Assembly: GCF_001194135.2 (NCBI RefSeq)
Contig: NC_068997.1
Span: forward strand, 21,054,373 to 21,118,372
Reading direction: 5' to 3'
Origin: Octopus bimaculoides
Taxonomy: Eukaryota
Length of the DNA: 64,000 nt
A program made the position numbers and the translations under genes. Under the pieces are notes generated by a model. The model saw only the letters and a list, made by a program, of their open reading frames with translations, made no database searches and was not told the DNA's origin. Shown here in pieces: positions 1 to 12,714 of this stretch; the first letter of the stretch is position 1; each line of letters starts with the position of its first letter.

Positions 1-86
1 ATATATATATATATATATATATGGGTGCGGATATGTGTATATATATGCATATATGTATGTATGCCTGCATGTATGTATATATGTAT

Positions 87-128
<42 letters not shown>

Positions 129-279
129 TAATATCGATATGGGTGTTGGCAGATATAGCTTGGTAGATAACTAATTATCGCGTGCATGTATGAGCGTATG
201 TATGTATATCTGTGTGCGTATATATGTATGAGTAATCGTGTGTGTGTGTGTGTATGAGTATGTTTGTACCCGCAAACAT

Positions 280-311
<32 letters not shown>

Positions 312-775
312 GTATGTATATATATTTNNNNNNNNNNTATATGTATATATATATTTGTGTATGTATGAATATATATGTATATCAATGTACATACGTATAT
401 GTATATATATAGAGAGATAGATAGATAGATAAATTTATCGAACTCCTTTAATGTATATTTAAACACACTTATACGTAGCTTTATTGATAGAACTTTTATA
501 TATGTGCAAAAGTATGTATTTTTGGATACTTATGTGTGTGCGCGTATACATGTTTGTATAAACATATCTGTATATATACATGTGCGTATATACTTATGTG
601 TGCGCATATACATAGAAAAATATTTCTTGGCCGATACACAATAGTGTTTCCGTTCAGCTTCATCCTCTGGTCAATAATCCATTCCTTCGAAACTAACCAA
701 CCTTAACCAATCTGGATCCCGAATTTCGGTTGAGTTTAGAACGACGTGGATTTTTGTTTTCATCTGCGTCCGTTC

Positions 776-776
<1 letters not shown>

Positions 777-806
<30 letters not shown>

Positions 807-876
807 CTTCTTCTTCTTCTTCTTCTTCTTCTTCTTCTTCTTCTTCTTCTTCTTCTTCTTCTTCTTCTTCTTCTTC
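777..876. repeat. (CTT)n microsatellite running into an assembly gap
   Basis: Pure CTT repeat followed by N run; source of the poly-S/F/E/R ORFs in the track. Confidence 0.97.
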
Positions 877-1887
877 NNNNNNNNNNNNNNNNNNNNNNNN
901 NNNNNNNNNNNNNNNNNNNNNNNNNNNNNNNNNNNNNNNNNNNNNNNNNNNNNNNNNNNNNNNNNNNNNNNNNNNNNNNNNNNNNNNNNNNNNNNNNNNN
1001 NNNNNNNNNNNNNNNNNNNNNNNNNNNNNNNNNNNNNNNNNNNNNNNNNNNNNNNNNNNNNNNNNNNNNNNNNNNNNNNNNNNNNNNNNNNNNNNNNNNN
1101 NNNNNNNNNNNNNNNNNNNNNNNNNNNNNNNNNNNNNNNNNNNNNNNNNNNNNNNNNNNNNNNNNNNNNNNNNNNNNNNNNNNNNNNNNNNNNNNNNNNN
1201 NNNNNNNNNNNNNNNNNNNNNNNNNNNNNNNNNNNNNNNNNNNNNNNNNNNNNNNNNNNNNNNNNNNNNNNNNNNNNNNNNNNNNNNNNNNNNNNNNNNN
1301 NNNNNNNNNNNNNNNNNNNNNNNNNNNNNNNNNNNNNNNNNNNNNNNNNNNNNNNNNNNNNNNNNNNNNNNNNNNNNNNNNNNNNNNNNNNNNNNNNNNN
1401 NNNNNNNNNNNNNNNNNNNNNNNNNNNNNNNNNNNNNNNNNNNNNNNNNNNNNNNNNNNNNNNNNNNNNNNNNNNNNNNNNNNNNNNNNNNNNNNNNNNN
1501 NNNNNNNNNNNNNNNNNNNNNNNNNNNNNNNNNNNNNNNNNNNNNNNNNNNNNNNNNNNNNNNNNNNNNNNNNNNNNNNNNNNNNNNNNNNNNNNNNNNN
1601 NNNNNNNNNNNNNNNNNNNNNNNNNNNNNNNNNNNNNNNNNNNNNNNNNNNNNNNNNNNNNNNNNNNNNNNNNNNNNNNNNNNNNNNNNNNNNNNNNNNN
1701 NNNNNNNNNNNNNNNNNNNNNNNNNNNNNNNNNNNNNNNNNNNNNNNNNNNNNNNNNNNNNNNNNNNNNNNNNNNNNAAACATAAATTATTCATTAGTAA
1801 ATAAATATTGCTTTTTTTAATAAATTTCGTTAAAAAATTTATATGATGAACAGAAGAATACTAAATAAATAAATACTGGACCGATGG

Positions 1888-1888
<1 letters not shown>

Positions 1889-1960
<72 letters not shown>

Positions 1961-1978
1961 TTATTATTATCATTATTA

Positions 1979-2012
<34 letters not shown>

Positions 2013-2120
2013 CATTATTATTATTATTGTTATTATTATTATTATTATCATTATTGAGATTATAATTATTATAATTATTATTACTACTATTATTAATATT
2101 TTCACCATTATCATCATCAT
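1889..2120. repeat. (TTA)n microsatellite, imperfect, grading into (TCA)n
   Basis: Direct reading; lies just upstream of a SINE cluster. Confidence 0.95.
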
Positions 2121-2269
2121 CGTCTTCATTTGTTCACTATTGAATCTGATAGGACCCTCTAGAGGGCGTGTCTGAGGATTTTCCCCTCTATCCCCTCCAC
2201 CCCCACCCCATGACACTGACTGGAAAAAGTAGGCAACAGCGATGGTTGGATGGATTGATTTACTACTGA

Positions 2270-2468
2270 GAGTGATGCACTGGCAAAATCTTTAGCACTC
2301 CGGACGAAATGCTTAGCAATATTTTTTCCGGCTCTTTACTTTCTGAGTTCGACTTCACCTTTCATCCTTTCGAGATCAATGGAATAAGTCCCAGTTGAGT
2401 ACTGGGGTCGATTTAATCGAGTGGACCTCTACCCCGAAATTTCAGGCCTTTTGCCCATAGTATAAAGG

Positions 2469-2510
<42 letters not shown>

Positions 2511-2915
2511 CACGGGCCACAATCGTTAGCATGCTGGACAAAATGCTTAGCGGTATTTCGTCTGCCACTGGGTTCTGAGTTCAAATTCCGCCGAGGTCGA
2601 CTTTGCCTTTCATCCTTTCGAGGTCGATAAATTAAGTACCAGTTACGTACTGGGGTCGGTATAATCGACTTAATCCGTTTGTCTGTCTTTGTTTGTCCCC
2701 TCTGTGTGTAGCCCCTTGTGGGCAGTAAAGAAATAGATATTTCGTCTGTCGTTATGTTCTGAGTTCAAATTCCGCCGAGGTCGACTTTGCCTTTCATCAT
2801 TTCGGGGTCGATAAATTAAGCACCAGTGAAACAGTGGGTTCGATATAATCGACTAGTCCCTTCCCGCAAAATTTACCTTTAGTAGAAAAGATTATTATTA
2901 TTATTATTATTATTA

Positions 2916-2952
<37 letters not shown>

Positions 2953-3180
2953 CATTATTATTATCGTCGTCATCATTATTATCATCATCATAAAAGGTGT
3001 AATTATTTGTCCCGGCTGTTTACTTCCTGCGTTAAATACCCGCCGAAGTCGCCTTTGCCCCTCTCCTTCCTCTTGAGGTCGATAAAATACGTACCTGCTG
3101 GTCACTGGTGGTCGAAGTAATCAACTTCGTCGCGTCCCTAAAATATGCTGGCCTTGCGCCAAAATTTGCAACCGTCATTA
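2270..3180 (+). mobile_element. Cluster of four head-to-tail tRNA-head SINE copies (family 1)
   Basis: Copies at ~2270-2470, ~2511-2736, 2737-2890 and ~2995-3180. They share A-box-like TGGCAGAA..GTTAG, B-box-like GAGTTCAAATTCC and the core GTCGACTTTGCCTTTCATCCTTTCGGGGTCGATAAA.TAAGTACCAG, and most end in (ATT)n tails. Confidence 0.9.
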
Positions 3181-3348
3181 TTATTAGTATTTATAATTTG
3201 TTTGTTTAATATTGCTTTATCTCTGCTCCTTTTATCAGATGCTAAACTATCATTATGCTGTACATCTCTATAGGACACTCAAATAATTGTGTTCGATCGG
3301 CAGGCTAGAAGTAGCTGCCCGCACGTTCCTCAAATAACTCTTCTAAAT

Positions 3349-3568
3349 TTAATTATTTAACATTCAAATTATTCTGTCAAATGTAATGTTTATTTGCATT
3401 TAGTTGAATTAATCGTGCATTGTCTTGTAGCTTTGAGATATCAATGATGGGATTGTTTATTTTCAGAATGATATTGTAAGGTATGTGTGAAAGGCCAGAT
3501 CTGGTTGATTTATACATAAAACGGTCGAATATTTTGACCTATGACCGGTTTAGATGGTAAAGAGTTAA
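3349..3568. mobile_element. TTAA-flanked non-autonomous element (piggyBac-like MITE, decayed)
   Basis: TTAA at 3349-3352 and 3565-3568 with degenerate terminal similarity (ATTTAACATTCAAAT vs TTTAGATGGTAAAGAG). I recall a similar ~220-bp TTAACCCTT..AAGGGTTAA octopus repeat; not verified by search. Confidence 0.55.
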
Positions 3569-4025
3569 AGAAAATGCTGGTTACGTAGGATATCGTAGTA
3601 TCAAATACACGTTGTCTTAAACGTTTATAAGTAAGAAGGTGAGATGGCCACAGACGGAATGCTTTTGACTATAGGCCTGTTGGATCAGGGAAGAAATAAC
3701 AGCCAAAAATCTTTCAAATCATATCTTAGAGATTTTTAAACTGTAGTCTATACTAATTACGATCCGAGATAAAGTATTGTGTTTCAACAGAAATGTTAGA
3801 ATCTTTGACCAGAGTTCTGCAACTTCAAGACAGACACGAAACCGAAACCACAACGGAAGCAATAACCAAAAATTGTGTAGTAGATTCCTAAGAGATCAAT
3901 CAACAAGCAATAGATGGTGGGCATCACGCGGTCGCTGTTCTGCTAGAAATAGCTACCAAATCTCTTTCAGTTTAAAGCCAGTCTTCTATCTTTGAACGGA
4001 CGAATCATATTAAGATGATGCAGTT

Positions 4026-4630
4026 AGCACCACCATCACCACCACCACCACCACCATCACCACCACCACCACTACCACAATCACCACCACCACCACCACA
4101 ACCACCACCATTGCCACCGCCATNNNNNNNNNNNNNNNNNNNNNNNNNNNNNNNNNNNNNNNNNNNNNNNNNNNNNNNNNNNNNNNNNNNNNNNNNNNNN
4201 NNNNNNNNNNNNNNNNNNNNNNNNNNNNNNNNNNNNNNNNNNNNNNNNNNNNNNNNNNNNNNNNNNNNNNNNNNNNNNNNNNNNNNNNNNNNNNNNNNNN
4301 NNNNNNNNNNNNNNNNNNNNNNNNNNNNNNNNNNNNNNNNNNNNNNNNNNNNNNNNNNNNNNNNNNNNNNNNNNNNNNNNNNNNNNNNNNNNNNNNNNNN
4401 NNNNNNNNNNNNNNNNNNNNNNNNNNNNNNNNNNNNNNNNNNNNNNNNNNNNNNNNNNNNNNNNNNNNNNNNNNNNNNNNNNNNNNNNNNNNNNNNNNNN
4501 NNNNNNNNNNNNNNNNNNNNNNNNNNNNNACTACTGCTTTACATTATCACCATAACAGCAGCGCCACCACCACCACCATCCCCCCCACCACCACCACTAC
4601 CACTATCACCACCACCAACAACAACAGCAC
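4026..4630. repeat. (CCA)n-rich repeat split by a gap
   Basis: Direct reading; explains the poly-Pro ORF 4015..4689. Confidence 0.93.
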
Positions 4631-4707
4631 GCTATAAAATGTCACCACCCACTGCGAGCATCAGCACCACCCACATTGTTGGTATTTAACCATAACGGCA
4701 CTGTTTT

Positions 4708-4708
<1 letters not shown>

Positions 4709-4756
<48 letters not shown>
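4709..4756. repeat. (TAG)n microsatellite
   Basis: Direct reading. Confidence 0.95.
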
Positions 4757-6643
4757 TTTTAGAATTATCTCAAGTACCCGTCCATATATATAAAACACAG
4801 TACCCCCTTATCCTTTTGAAAGTTAAACTACAAAACCCTACACCCTTTGACTTCATCAAGAAATTCCCACGGTTATCCTTGCTCTTTCTCCTTCTTCTCT
4901 TCCTCATCCCCACCCACCCATCCTCCTATTTCATTCTTCTTCGTTTTCTTCTTCCTTTTCTTCGTCTTCTCATCCTCCTCCCCCTCCTTCTCTTCCTTCT
5001 TTCTTTTTCTTCTGTTTCTTCTTCATCTGTTTCTTCGGCATTGTTATATATCACTACTACTGCTGCTGCTGCTGCTGCACTTTGCCCCTCTTCTTCCTCT
5101 TTTTCCCCTCCGGCTCGCCACACCCCATCCCTTCGAGGTCCTTTATCGTTTTTAACCTCAACCCTTTCGTATTCAGGAAGCTGATGGTTTGCTCATGTAT
5201 TATTATTAACAAATGAAATGAACTGAAACGGAGTAGAGTGATGGAATGACAACCGCAATTTTATTTAGCATAAACCATATCGCAGCATTATGTTAAAAAT
5301 GGTAGCTACANNNNNNNNNNNNNNNNNNNNNNNNNNNNNNNNNNNNNNNNNNNNNNNNNNNNNNNNNNNNNNNNNNNNNNNNNNNNNNNNNNNNNNNNNN
5401 NNNNNNNNNNNNNNNNNNNNNNNNNNNNNNNNNNNNNNNNNNNNNNNNNNNNNNNNNNNNNNNNNNNNNNNNNNNNNNNNNNNNNNNNNNNNNNNNNNNN
5501 NNNNNNNNNNNNNNNNNNNNNNNNNNNNNNNNNNNNNNNNNNNNNNNNNNNNNNNNNNNNNNNNNNNNNNNNNNNNNNNNNNNNNNNNNNNNNNNNNNNN
5601 NNNNNNNNNNNNNNNNNNNNNNNNNNNNNNNNNNNNNNNNNNNNNNNNNNNNNNNNNNNNNNNNNNNNNNNNNNNNNNNNNNNNNNNNNNNNNNNNNNNN
5701 NNNNNNNNNNNNNNNNNNNNNNNNNNNNNNNNNNNNNNNNNNNNNNNNNNNNNNNNNNNNNNNNNNNNNNNNNNNNNNNNNNNNNNNNNNNNNNNNNNNN
5801 NNNNNNNNNNNNNNNNNNNNNNNNNNNNNNNNNNNNNNNNNNNNNNNNNNNNNNNNNNNNNNNNNNNNNNNNNNNNNNNNNNNNNNNNNNNNNNNNNNNN
5901 NNNNNNNNNNNNNNNNNNNNNNNNNNNNNNNNNNNNNNNNNNNNNNNNNNNNNNNNNNNNNNNNNNNNNNNNNNNNNNNNNNNNNNNNNNNNNNNNNNNN
6001 NNNNNNNNNNNNNNNNNNNNNNNNNNNNNNNNNNNNNNNNNNNNNNNNNNNNNNNNNNNNNNNNNNNNNNNNNNNNATGTGTGGCAGTAACTGGGTGCGT
6101 GTGTGTGTGTGTGTGTGTACGAGTGACAAACGGAAGGTGTTAATAATAAGGTGGTAAATGAAAGTCATACGTGTTGAATGAATCTCTGAACCTTTACAAG
6201 TCAACAGGTGGGGGGGTTTACAGCAGAAGCAGGGAGCCTGCTCATATCTAAAGGCCGCGGCCATTTTGAAAAATAATTTTATCTAATATGGCTGCATGAA
6301 AAAGAAAATTTTGAGGGAAAAATGCAATTATATTTCTTGTGAAAATGTAATTATATACATACGAAAATGAGAAATAAGAATCCTAATCTAACCATTTAAT
6401 GATGTGCTTGTATATTTAATGAATGAATGAATATGATAAATAATAATTTCTTATCAACTAAAATGTTATTTTTATTGCAAAATTCCCGCGCTCTTCCCGA
6501 AGCCTCCCACGCATAAGGTGCTCAAGAATCGCATATTACCTTCCTCAATTTCTACATTGCAACACGTTCACTTCATTGCTAGAAATTGAAGCCAAATATT
6601 TTCCAAATCACACACACACACACACTCGTTACATACAGCACAT

Positions 6644-6646
<3 letters not shown>

Positions 6647-6722
<76 letters not shown>
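6647..6722. repeat. (AAT)n microsatellite
   Basis: Direct reading. Confidence 0.97.
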
Positions 6723-6724
<2 letters not shown>

Positions 6725-6779
6725 CTCCGCCACAACTACAGTAAAACGAATTACAAGAGTTTCTGACTTAGGTACATTA

Positions 6780-6915
6780 CCAGTAATTTGAGGGGAGGAG
6801 CTAGTCGATCCCATCACTCCTGAATTTGACTGGTACTTTATTTCATGGATCCTAGAGGGATTGAGGGCAAAGTTAACCCTAGCACGATTAGAACTCGCAA
6901 CATAAAGAACTGGAA
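6780..6915 (-). mobile_element. SINE family 1, decayed copy
   Basis: Reverse complement of the core (GACTGGTACTTTATTT..GGGCAAAGTT..GAACTC). Confidence 0.7.
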
Positions 6916-6991
6916 CTCGTACACCTACTTCATATTAAAACAAGAGGCTTTTTTTTGTGACTCGCCCGAAAATCTAATTTAAAAAGACAAA

Positions 6992-7040
6992 AGAAGAAGA
7001 AGAAGAAGAAGAAGAAGAAGAAGAAGAAGAAGAAGAAGAA
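6992..7040. repeat. (GAA)n microsatellite
   Basis: Direct reading. Confidence 0.97.
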
Positions 7041-7100
7041 ATGGTTGACGCGGGAGGTAATTAAACAATGTTCTCTTTGGTCCAAACTCTATCGACTTAC

Positions 7101-7188
7101 CGACCGGTTGGTTTGCAAATCGACGAAGCATGAATTGGAGACAGCAAGTACTCGGTACATAAACTTTGTGGTTGGTGAATCGGAAGCA
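7101..7188 (-). other. Candidate 88-nt internal exon
   Basis: Acceptor gtgtttgtattattgctag| and donor TCG|GTAAGT. Unique, GC-richer sequence with no stop in any of the three frames. No recognisable domain. Confidence 0.35.
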
Positions 7189-7925
7189 CTAGCAATAATA
7201 CAAACACCCGTTTCCCACCCCGATACCAAAACCAATTTTATAATTAATGCAATTATCATCATAAAAAATCGATTAAGAATCCTTTTCTCATAAAAGTGTG
7301 ATTTTACGATAACATTATGTCTTTTTGTTGTTTTGTTTTCATTATTGTGTTTAACCCCTTAACAAACAAAAAGTTCAGTAGATTTCCATTCTAATTTGTT
7401 TCTAATATTACTCGTTGATGAACTTTCTCTGTCCGGTTAATAATTGAAAAGCATGTATGTGTGTACGTATGCATGTGTACGTGTAAGAGAGTGAGAGATA
7501 GAGAAAGAGAGAGAGGGGGAGATGGAGAGCGTATGTATGCTAGTATGTATGTGCCATAGTGTGTGACGTGTACAGGCATGCGGGTGTGTATCTGTCCTTA
7601 TCACTAATTCCCTTCCAATTATTCATTATCTGGTTAAAATTGCAAGAACTGGGCCTTTTTATTGTTACAGCTTTGTGTGCATGTGTGTGTGTGTGTGTGT
7701 GTGCGTGCGTGCGAGCATATATTATATTATATTATATTATATTATATTAAAAGGCGGTACCACTGATGCCCAGAGTCTATAGGCACCAATCTATTTGCTT
7801 ACGGCAACAGATTACGACGGATTTTCATGTAGATTATCAGGTTTGGCAACTCCTTTTCGAGATATTTTGCTTTCCATGCCTTCAGCACCAATTAATGAAA
7901 GTGCCATTAATAAATATACTCAAAG

Positions 7926-8350
7926 AAGGCGGCGTGCTGGCAGAAACGTTAGCACACCGGGCGAAATTCTTAGCAGTATTTCGTCTGCCGTTACGTTCTG
8001 AGTTCAAATTCCGCCGAGGTTGACTTTGCCTTTCATCCTTTCGGGGTCGATAAATTAAGTACCAGTTACGCACTGGGGTCGATGTAATCGACTTAATCCG
8101 TTTGTTTGTCCTGTTTGTCCCCTCTGTGTGTAGCCCCTTGTGGGCAGTAAAGAAATAAGAAACGTTAGCACGCAGGGCGAAATGCTTAGCGGTATTTCGT
8201 CTGTCTTTACTTTCTGATTTCAAATTCCGCCGAGGTCAACTTTGCTTTTCAGGGTCGATAAATTAATTACCAGTTGCGTACTGGGTCGATCTAATCGACT
8301 GGCCCCCTCCTGCAAAATTTCGGGCCTTGTGCCAAGAGTAAAAAAGAATA
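7926..8350 (+). mobile_element. SINE family 1: long-tailed copy joined to a headless second copy
   Basis: 7926-8157 is near-consensus with a TTAATCCGTTTG..GCCCCTTGTGGGCAGTAAAGAAATA tail. A second copy starts at AGAAACGTTAGC (8158). Confidence 0.92.
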
Positions 8351-9787
8351 AATATACTCAAATATACTAAATGGTTGAGAACTAAAGTTCATACTACAGA
8401 GCGCCACGTCTGCGCCAATATATATGAGTCCTCAATTAATATTTTACTTGTCGATCCCAAATATACAAAACGGCAAAACTGAATAGGGTGGAATTTGAAC
8501 TCAGAGCGTAAAAAAACAAGAAGAACGAATATCCATGCAGGTGTTTAGTAATGTTTATTTTATTGAGACAACGCCATAGAAAAGATACCACCGATCCAAA
8601 AAGTATTTCATCAGTTTTCTTGCAGTCTTTATTAATTGTAGTTACGTTGCCCCAGGATGTATAATTTAGTATGCTGTACTACATTCAATAGATCCTTAAA
8701 GAAATGATCTAAATTTTGTAGATGGACGAGGTGCGAGTTGAGTTAATTAACGGAAACATGGCTGCAATATTGAAAAGTTTAATCAAAATATCAGAAACCG
8801 CTTTCTAGTTCTTGGTTTGGTTATGCTGTTTAAGTTGGTAGAGTATACGAGATGTGCTTCATTAGAGAATGATTTAGGGAAGTATAATTAGTTTTTTTCT
8901 CCCATATTAACACTGCTAACTAAATATAAATGAGGAAATGTTCATTAGCAAGTATATGGAGTTATATAATTAAATGACTGGCAACACTGGATAATAATCA
9001 AAGTCCCACTTACACAGACACATATAGACGGTGCACACGCACACGCACACGCACACGCACACATTCGCGCGCACGTACACACACACACACGCGTGCGTGT
9101 ACACACACACACACACACACACACGCGCGCGCGTGTGTATATATGTAGGCTCTGGCACGGCTATATCGTTACGAAGCTCGCGTTGCAACCATTTCGTTTC
9201 GGCAATTCTCTTCTACTACAGCTCCGGACGGTCTAATGCTTTGTGAGTGAATTTGGTAACCTGCGTGGAAGTCCACCGTATACGTGTGTGTGTGCTCTAT
9301 GTGTGTATGTGTGTGTGTGCGTGTCACTGTGTTTGTGTTAGTCGCTCACCACCACTTCCACCACTGCTACTTGAAAATCATAATTTGGATGTCCAACTTC
9401 ACTTCGACGCGTCAATTCATGAAATCATCTCATGTAAACGCTAGGTGCTAAAAAGCACAGATTATACGGTTTACAGAATTTCTGTAGCACTGGTAGATGA
9501 AACTGCTGCATCAGGTGATTTCATCGTAAATTTCAAAATCATCAACACCGAATACCAAATGGAACATCCGTCAAAACGATAGGTTAATACTAAGTAAACG
9601 GGTAGTGATATTGCAAATAAGCTGGCGGACTGTGAATAAATTATCAATTGGCGACGGAAGCAGCCATTGTAATGAATGTTAATTTGCATAGCCAACCTAA
9701 CTCGGATGAACACTGTAGACTGTAGTTACCTCCCTTAGAAAGGATCTCGTAAAGACGTTATGTGCTAAAATGAACAACTTACTCATG

Positions 9788-9875
9788 AAGTGCTTAGCTC
9801 AAGGGCACAACGCCCTACTTGGTCCGGGAATCGAAACTATGACCTGACGATAGTGAGTGCACTGCCCTAATCAAA
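9788..9875 (-). mobile_element. SINE family 3 head (tRNA-like), decayed
   Basis: Reverse complement reads TTAGGGCAGTGCAC..TAGTTTCGATTCCCGGACC..GCGTTGTGCCCTTGAGC, similar to the plus-strand copy at 34205. Confidence 0.7.
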
Positions 9876-10097
9876 GCTTTTAAGCAAGTGTTTATCCAGG
9901 TTTCAGTACGGTTTAAGCAACTCAAAAAATACAAAACAGCTTTTGCTGGTAATTATTTTCAGCCGAAGCAACGTGAAATAAGATGCTTTGCCCACCACTC
10001 AGTTTGAGAATCGAACCCGAGATCTAACAATTGGGATCTCAGCACCAAAACTGCTATACTACACACATATGCACGCAAACGAAATGCACTCATACAT

Positions 10098-10128
<31 letters not shown>

Positions 10129-10165
10129 GTATATATGTTGTGGGTTCAAACAGAGTAACGATATG

Positions 10166-10250
<85 letters not shown>

Positions 10251-10668
10251 GCAATCACTGGTTAGCTCCTCTAAAACTTATTTAGCTCGTGGTTTATTAG
10301 CAAGCTATCTTTCCTCCTACGNNNNNNNNNNNNNNNNNNNNNNNNNNNNNNNNNNNNNNNNNNNNNNNNNNNNNNNNNNNNNNNNNNNNNNNNNNNNNNN
10401 NNNNNNNNNNNNNNNNNNNNNNNNNNNNNNNNNNNNNNNNNNNNNNNNNNNNNNNNNNNNNNNNNNNNNNNNNNNNNNNNNNNNNNNNNNNNNNNNNNNN
10501 NNNNNNNNNNNNNNNNNNNNNNNNNNNNNNNNNNNNNNNNNNNNNNNNNNNNNNNNNNNNNNNNNNNNNNNNNNNNNNNNNNNNNNNNNNNNNNNNNNNN
10601 NNNNNNNNNNNNNNNNNNNNNNNNNNNNNNNNNNNNNNNNNNNNNNNNNNNNNNNNNNNNNNNNNNNN

Positions 10669-10725
<57 letters not shown>

Positions 10726-10883
10726 ACTTATATATATATGCATATACATATACATGTGTGTATAAATGTATACATGTACTGTTATGCGTGTATATATATA
10801 TTGCTATTAATTAACTGTAGCACATATTCTCTTCCCATTCTTTACACATTCATATTCACACAAACACACACAAACACACACAA

Positions 10884-10918
<35 letters not shown>

Positions 10919-11709
10919 TACATATATATTAATAAAAACCGAAAAGGATTAATAATGGATTAATAACGGTCACAAATGTTCGTCCTGGCTAAGTAGCCAA
11001 TATATATCGATCTTCGATTAGCGGTCAGTTTTTATACTTTTCCAGTTAATCTCTTGTGAGCTTTATTGTTCCTTAAGAATTAATTTATTAACGCGTTATC
11101 TAATGACAGAAACAGAGAGAAAAACTACGTTGAAAGCATGGAAGCAAGTTTTACGTGCGGACATCACTGGAGAAAGAAGGAAAGAAAGAAAGAGTGATAA
11201 CAACAAAAGAGGAAAATGACAGCAAAAGAAAACAAGAACCAGAAAGAGAGAGAGAGAAAGAGAGAGCGAGAGAGAGAGAGAGGGGGGATGGGTGATAAGG
11301 GGGGAGGTTGACATGACCATTTTTACATTAGTAAAGATTTTAAACCCAATTTGTTCAATGCAATACATTCTAATCTTTATAGCTTATGTTTCCATGGTTT
11401 CGTTTCCCTTAGTGATTAGTAAATATATTATTGATTTCTTTTTGACTAAGTTACCCGTCCAATTGTTTGTGTATAGATATAAAAAAAAGTATACTAATCG
11501 ATCGAATCTACCCTCTTCCAAAAATTTACTACGATCTTTTTTCAGTTTTTTTTCCTCTTTTTCTTTCTTTTTTTTGGGTGGTGGGGATCTAAAAATTAGT
11601 ATTGGTCGATTCTGCAAGGAGAATTAAGTAGACCTACTCGACCAGGACTGGAACTCAGAACGAATAGGTCGAAAATAAATATAATATCCCTATTAATCCC
11701 ATCCATATT

Positions 11710-12125
11710 TATTGCACTGAATACTGAAAAAGTAAACATAATACTATTGTTATTGGTCCGGTGCCCTGTTGCCCTGAATGCTGGAAGTAAACATCTTTTA
11801 CCCTGAAAAACTATCACTGATTACAGCTATCACGCCGGTGTAATCCTATACCCTTCGGCACTCATTGCCTTGAACACCCAAGCCAAACATAATATTGCTG
11901 TTAGTGTTCTGCTGTCGGAATACTGAAAGTAAACATCTATGCCCTGAACACTGACGCTAAATAACAATATTGCTATTAGTCTGACCTTCTGAATCACCAA
12001 AAGCTTGATATAATAATATCATCAGTCCGGTCTTTTTACTATCTCATCCACATCCATTACGCTGAGTACTCAAAGTTAACATAATACTAGTCCGGCATTG
12101 CACAGAGAATACCGAATGTAAAAAT
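11710..12125. repeat. Degenerate minisatellite-like array (CTGAATACTGAAAGTAAACATAATACT..GTCCGG units)
   Basis: Motif recurs at ~11719, 11777, 11919, 12064 and 12108. Confidence 0.6.
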
Positions 12126-12486
12126 AGCAATTGTTTCTAACATAGGCTAAAGGCCAGATATTTTGGATAGGTGGGGATTAGTCGGATTAAATCGACTCTG
12201 GTACTTCAAAGTATTTCATATTTTATTGACCTCGGAACTTGACCTTAACTCAGAAAATAAACATAATGCTGATATTAGACCGATGCTCCACATGTAGTAC
12301 TTTTTTGTCGATGTTAGCTTGTTGGAAAAGTAAACTACATAGACAGATAAATAGATATCTATACATACATATATACATACTATATATATATATATATATA
12401 TATATAAGTGAGAAAGTTGGTATGTGAAAGCACGTGGTTGGATGTATAAAAGATAATAAGAGTGAAAAAACTACAGAAGGCTTGTG

Positions 12487-12714
12487 TTACATGGTTAAAG
12501 TATATATTTAAATTATGTCAGAAAAATGTTAGAAAAATTTTATAAAAACTTTTTGGTATATAAACATTGTATAGGTCCAGACTGAAGCGAAATTTGAAAA
12601 GACAACACGAAACCGGTTATTTCTCAAAATACAATGTTTATATACCAAAAAGATTTTCTAACATTTTTCTAACATTTTTCTGTCATAATTTAAATATATA
12701 CTTTAACCATGTAA
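12487..12714. mobile_element. MITE-like fold-back element with ~86-bp terminal inverted repeats
   Basis: Arms 12487-12572 and 12629-12714 are reverse complements with only a few mismatches (TTACATGGTTAAAGTATATATTTAAATTATG..ACATTGTAT). A possible TA target duplication would suggest a Tc1/mariner type. The right end abuts a gap. Confidence 0.8.

Noticed and set aside
6172-6264. caaaATGGCCGCGGCC start-like context (MAAAFRYEQ..)
   Set aside because: No convincing donor or downstream exon; may be only a YY1-like motif.
9225-9245. Apparent 21-nt microexon ctactacag|..|GTGAGT
   Set aside because: It lies inside a decayed SINE family-2 copy whose consensus supplies both signals.
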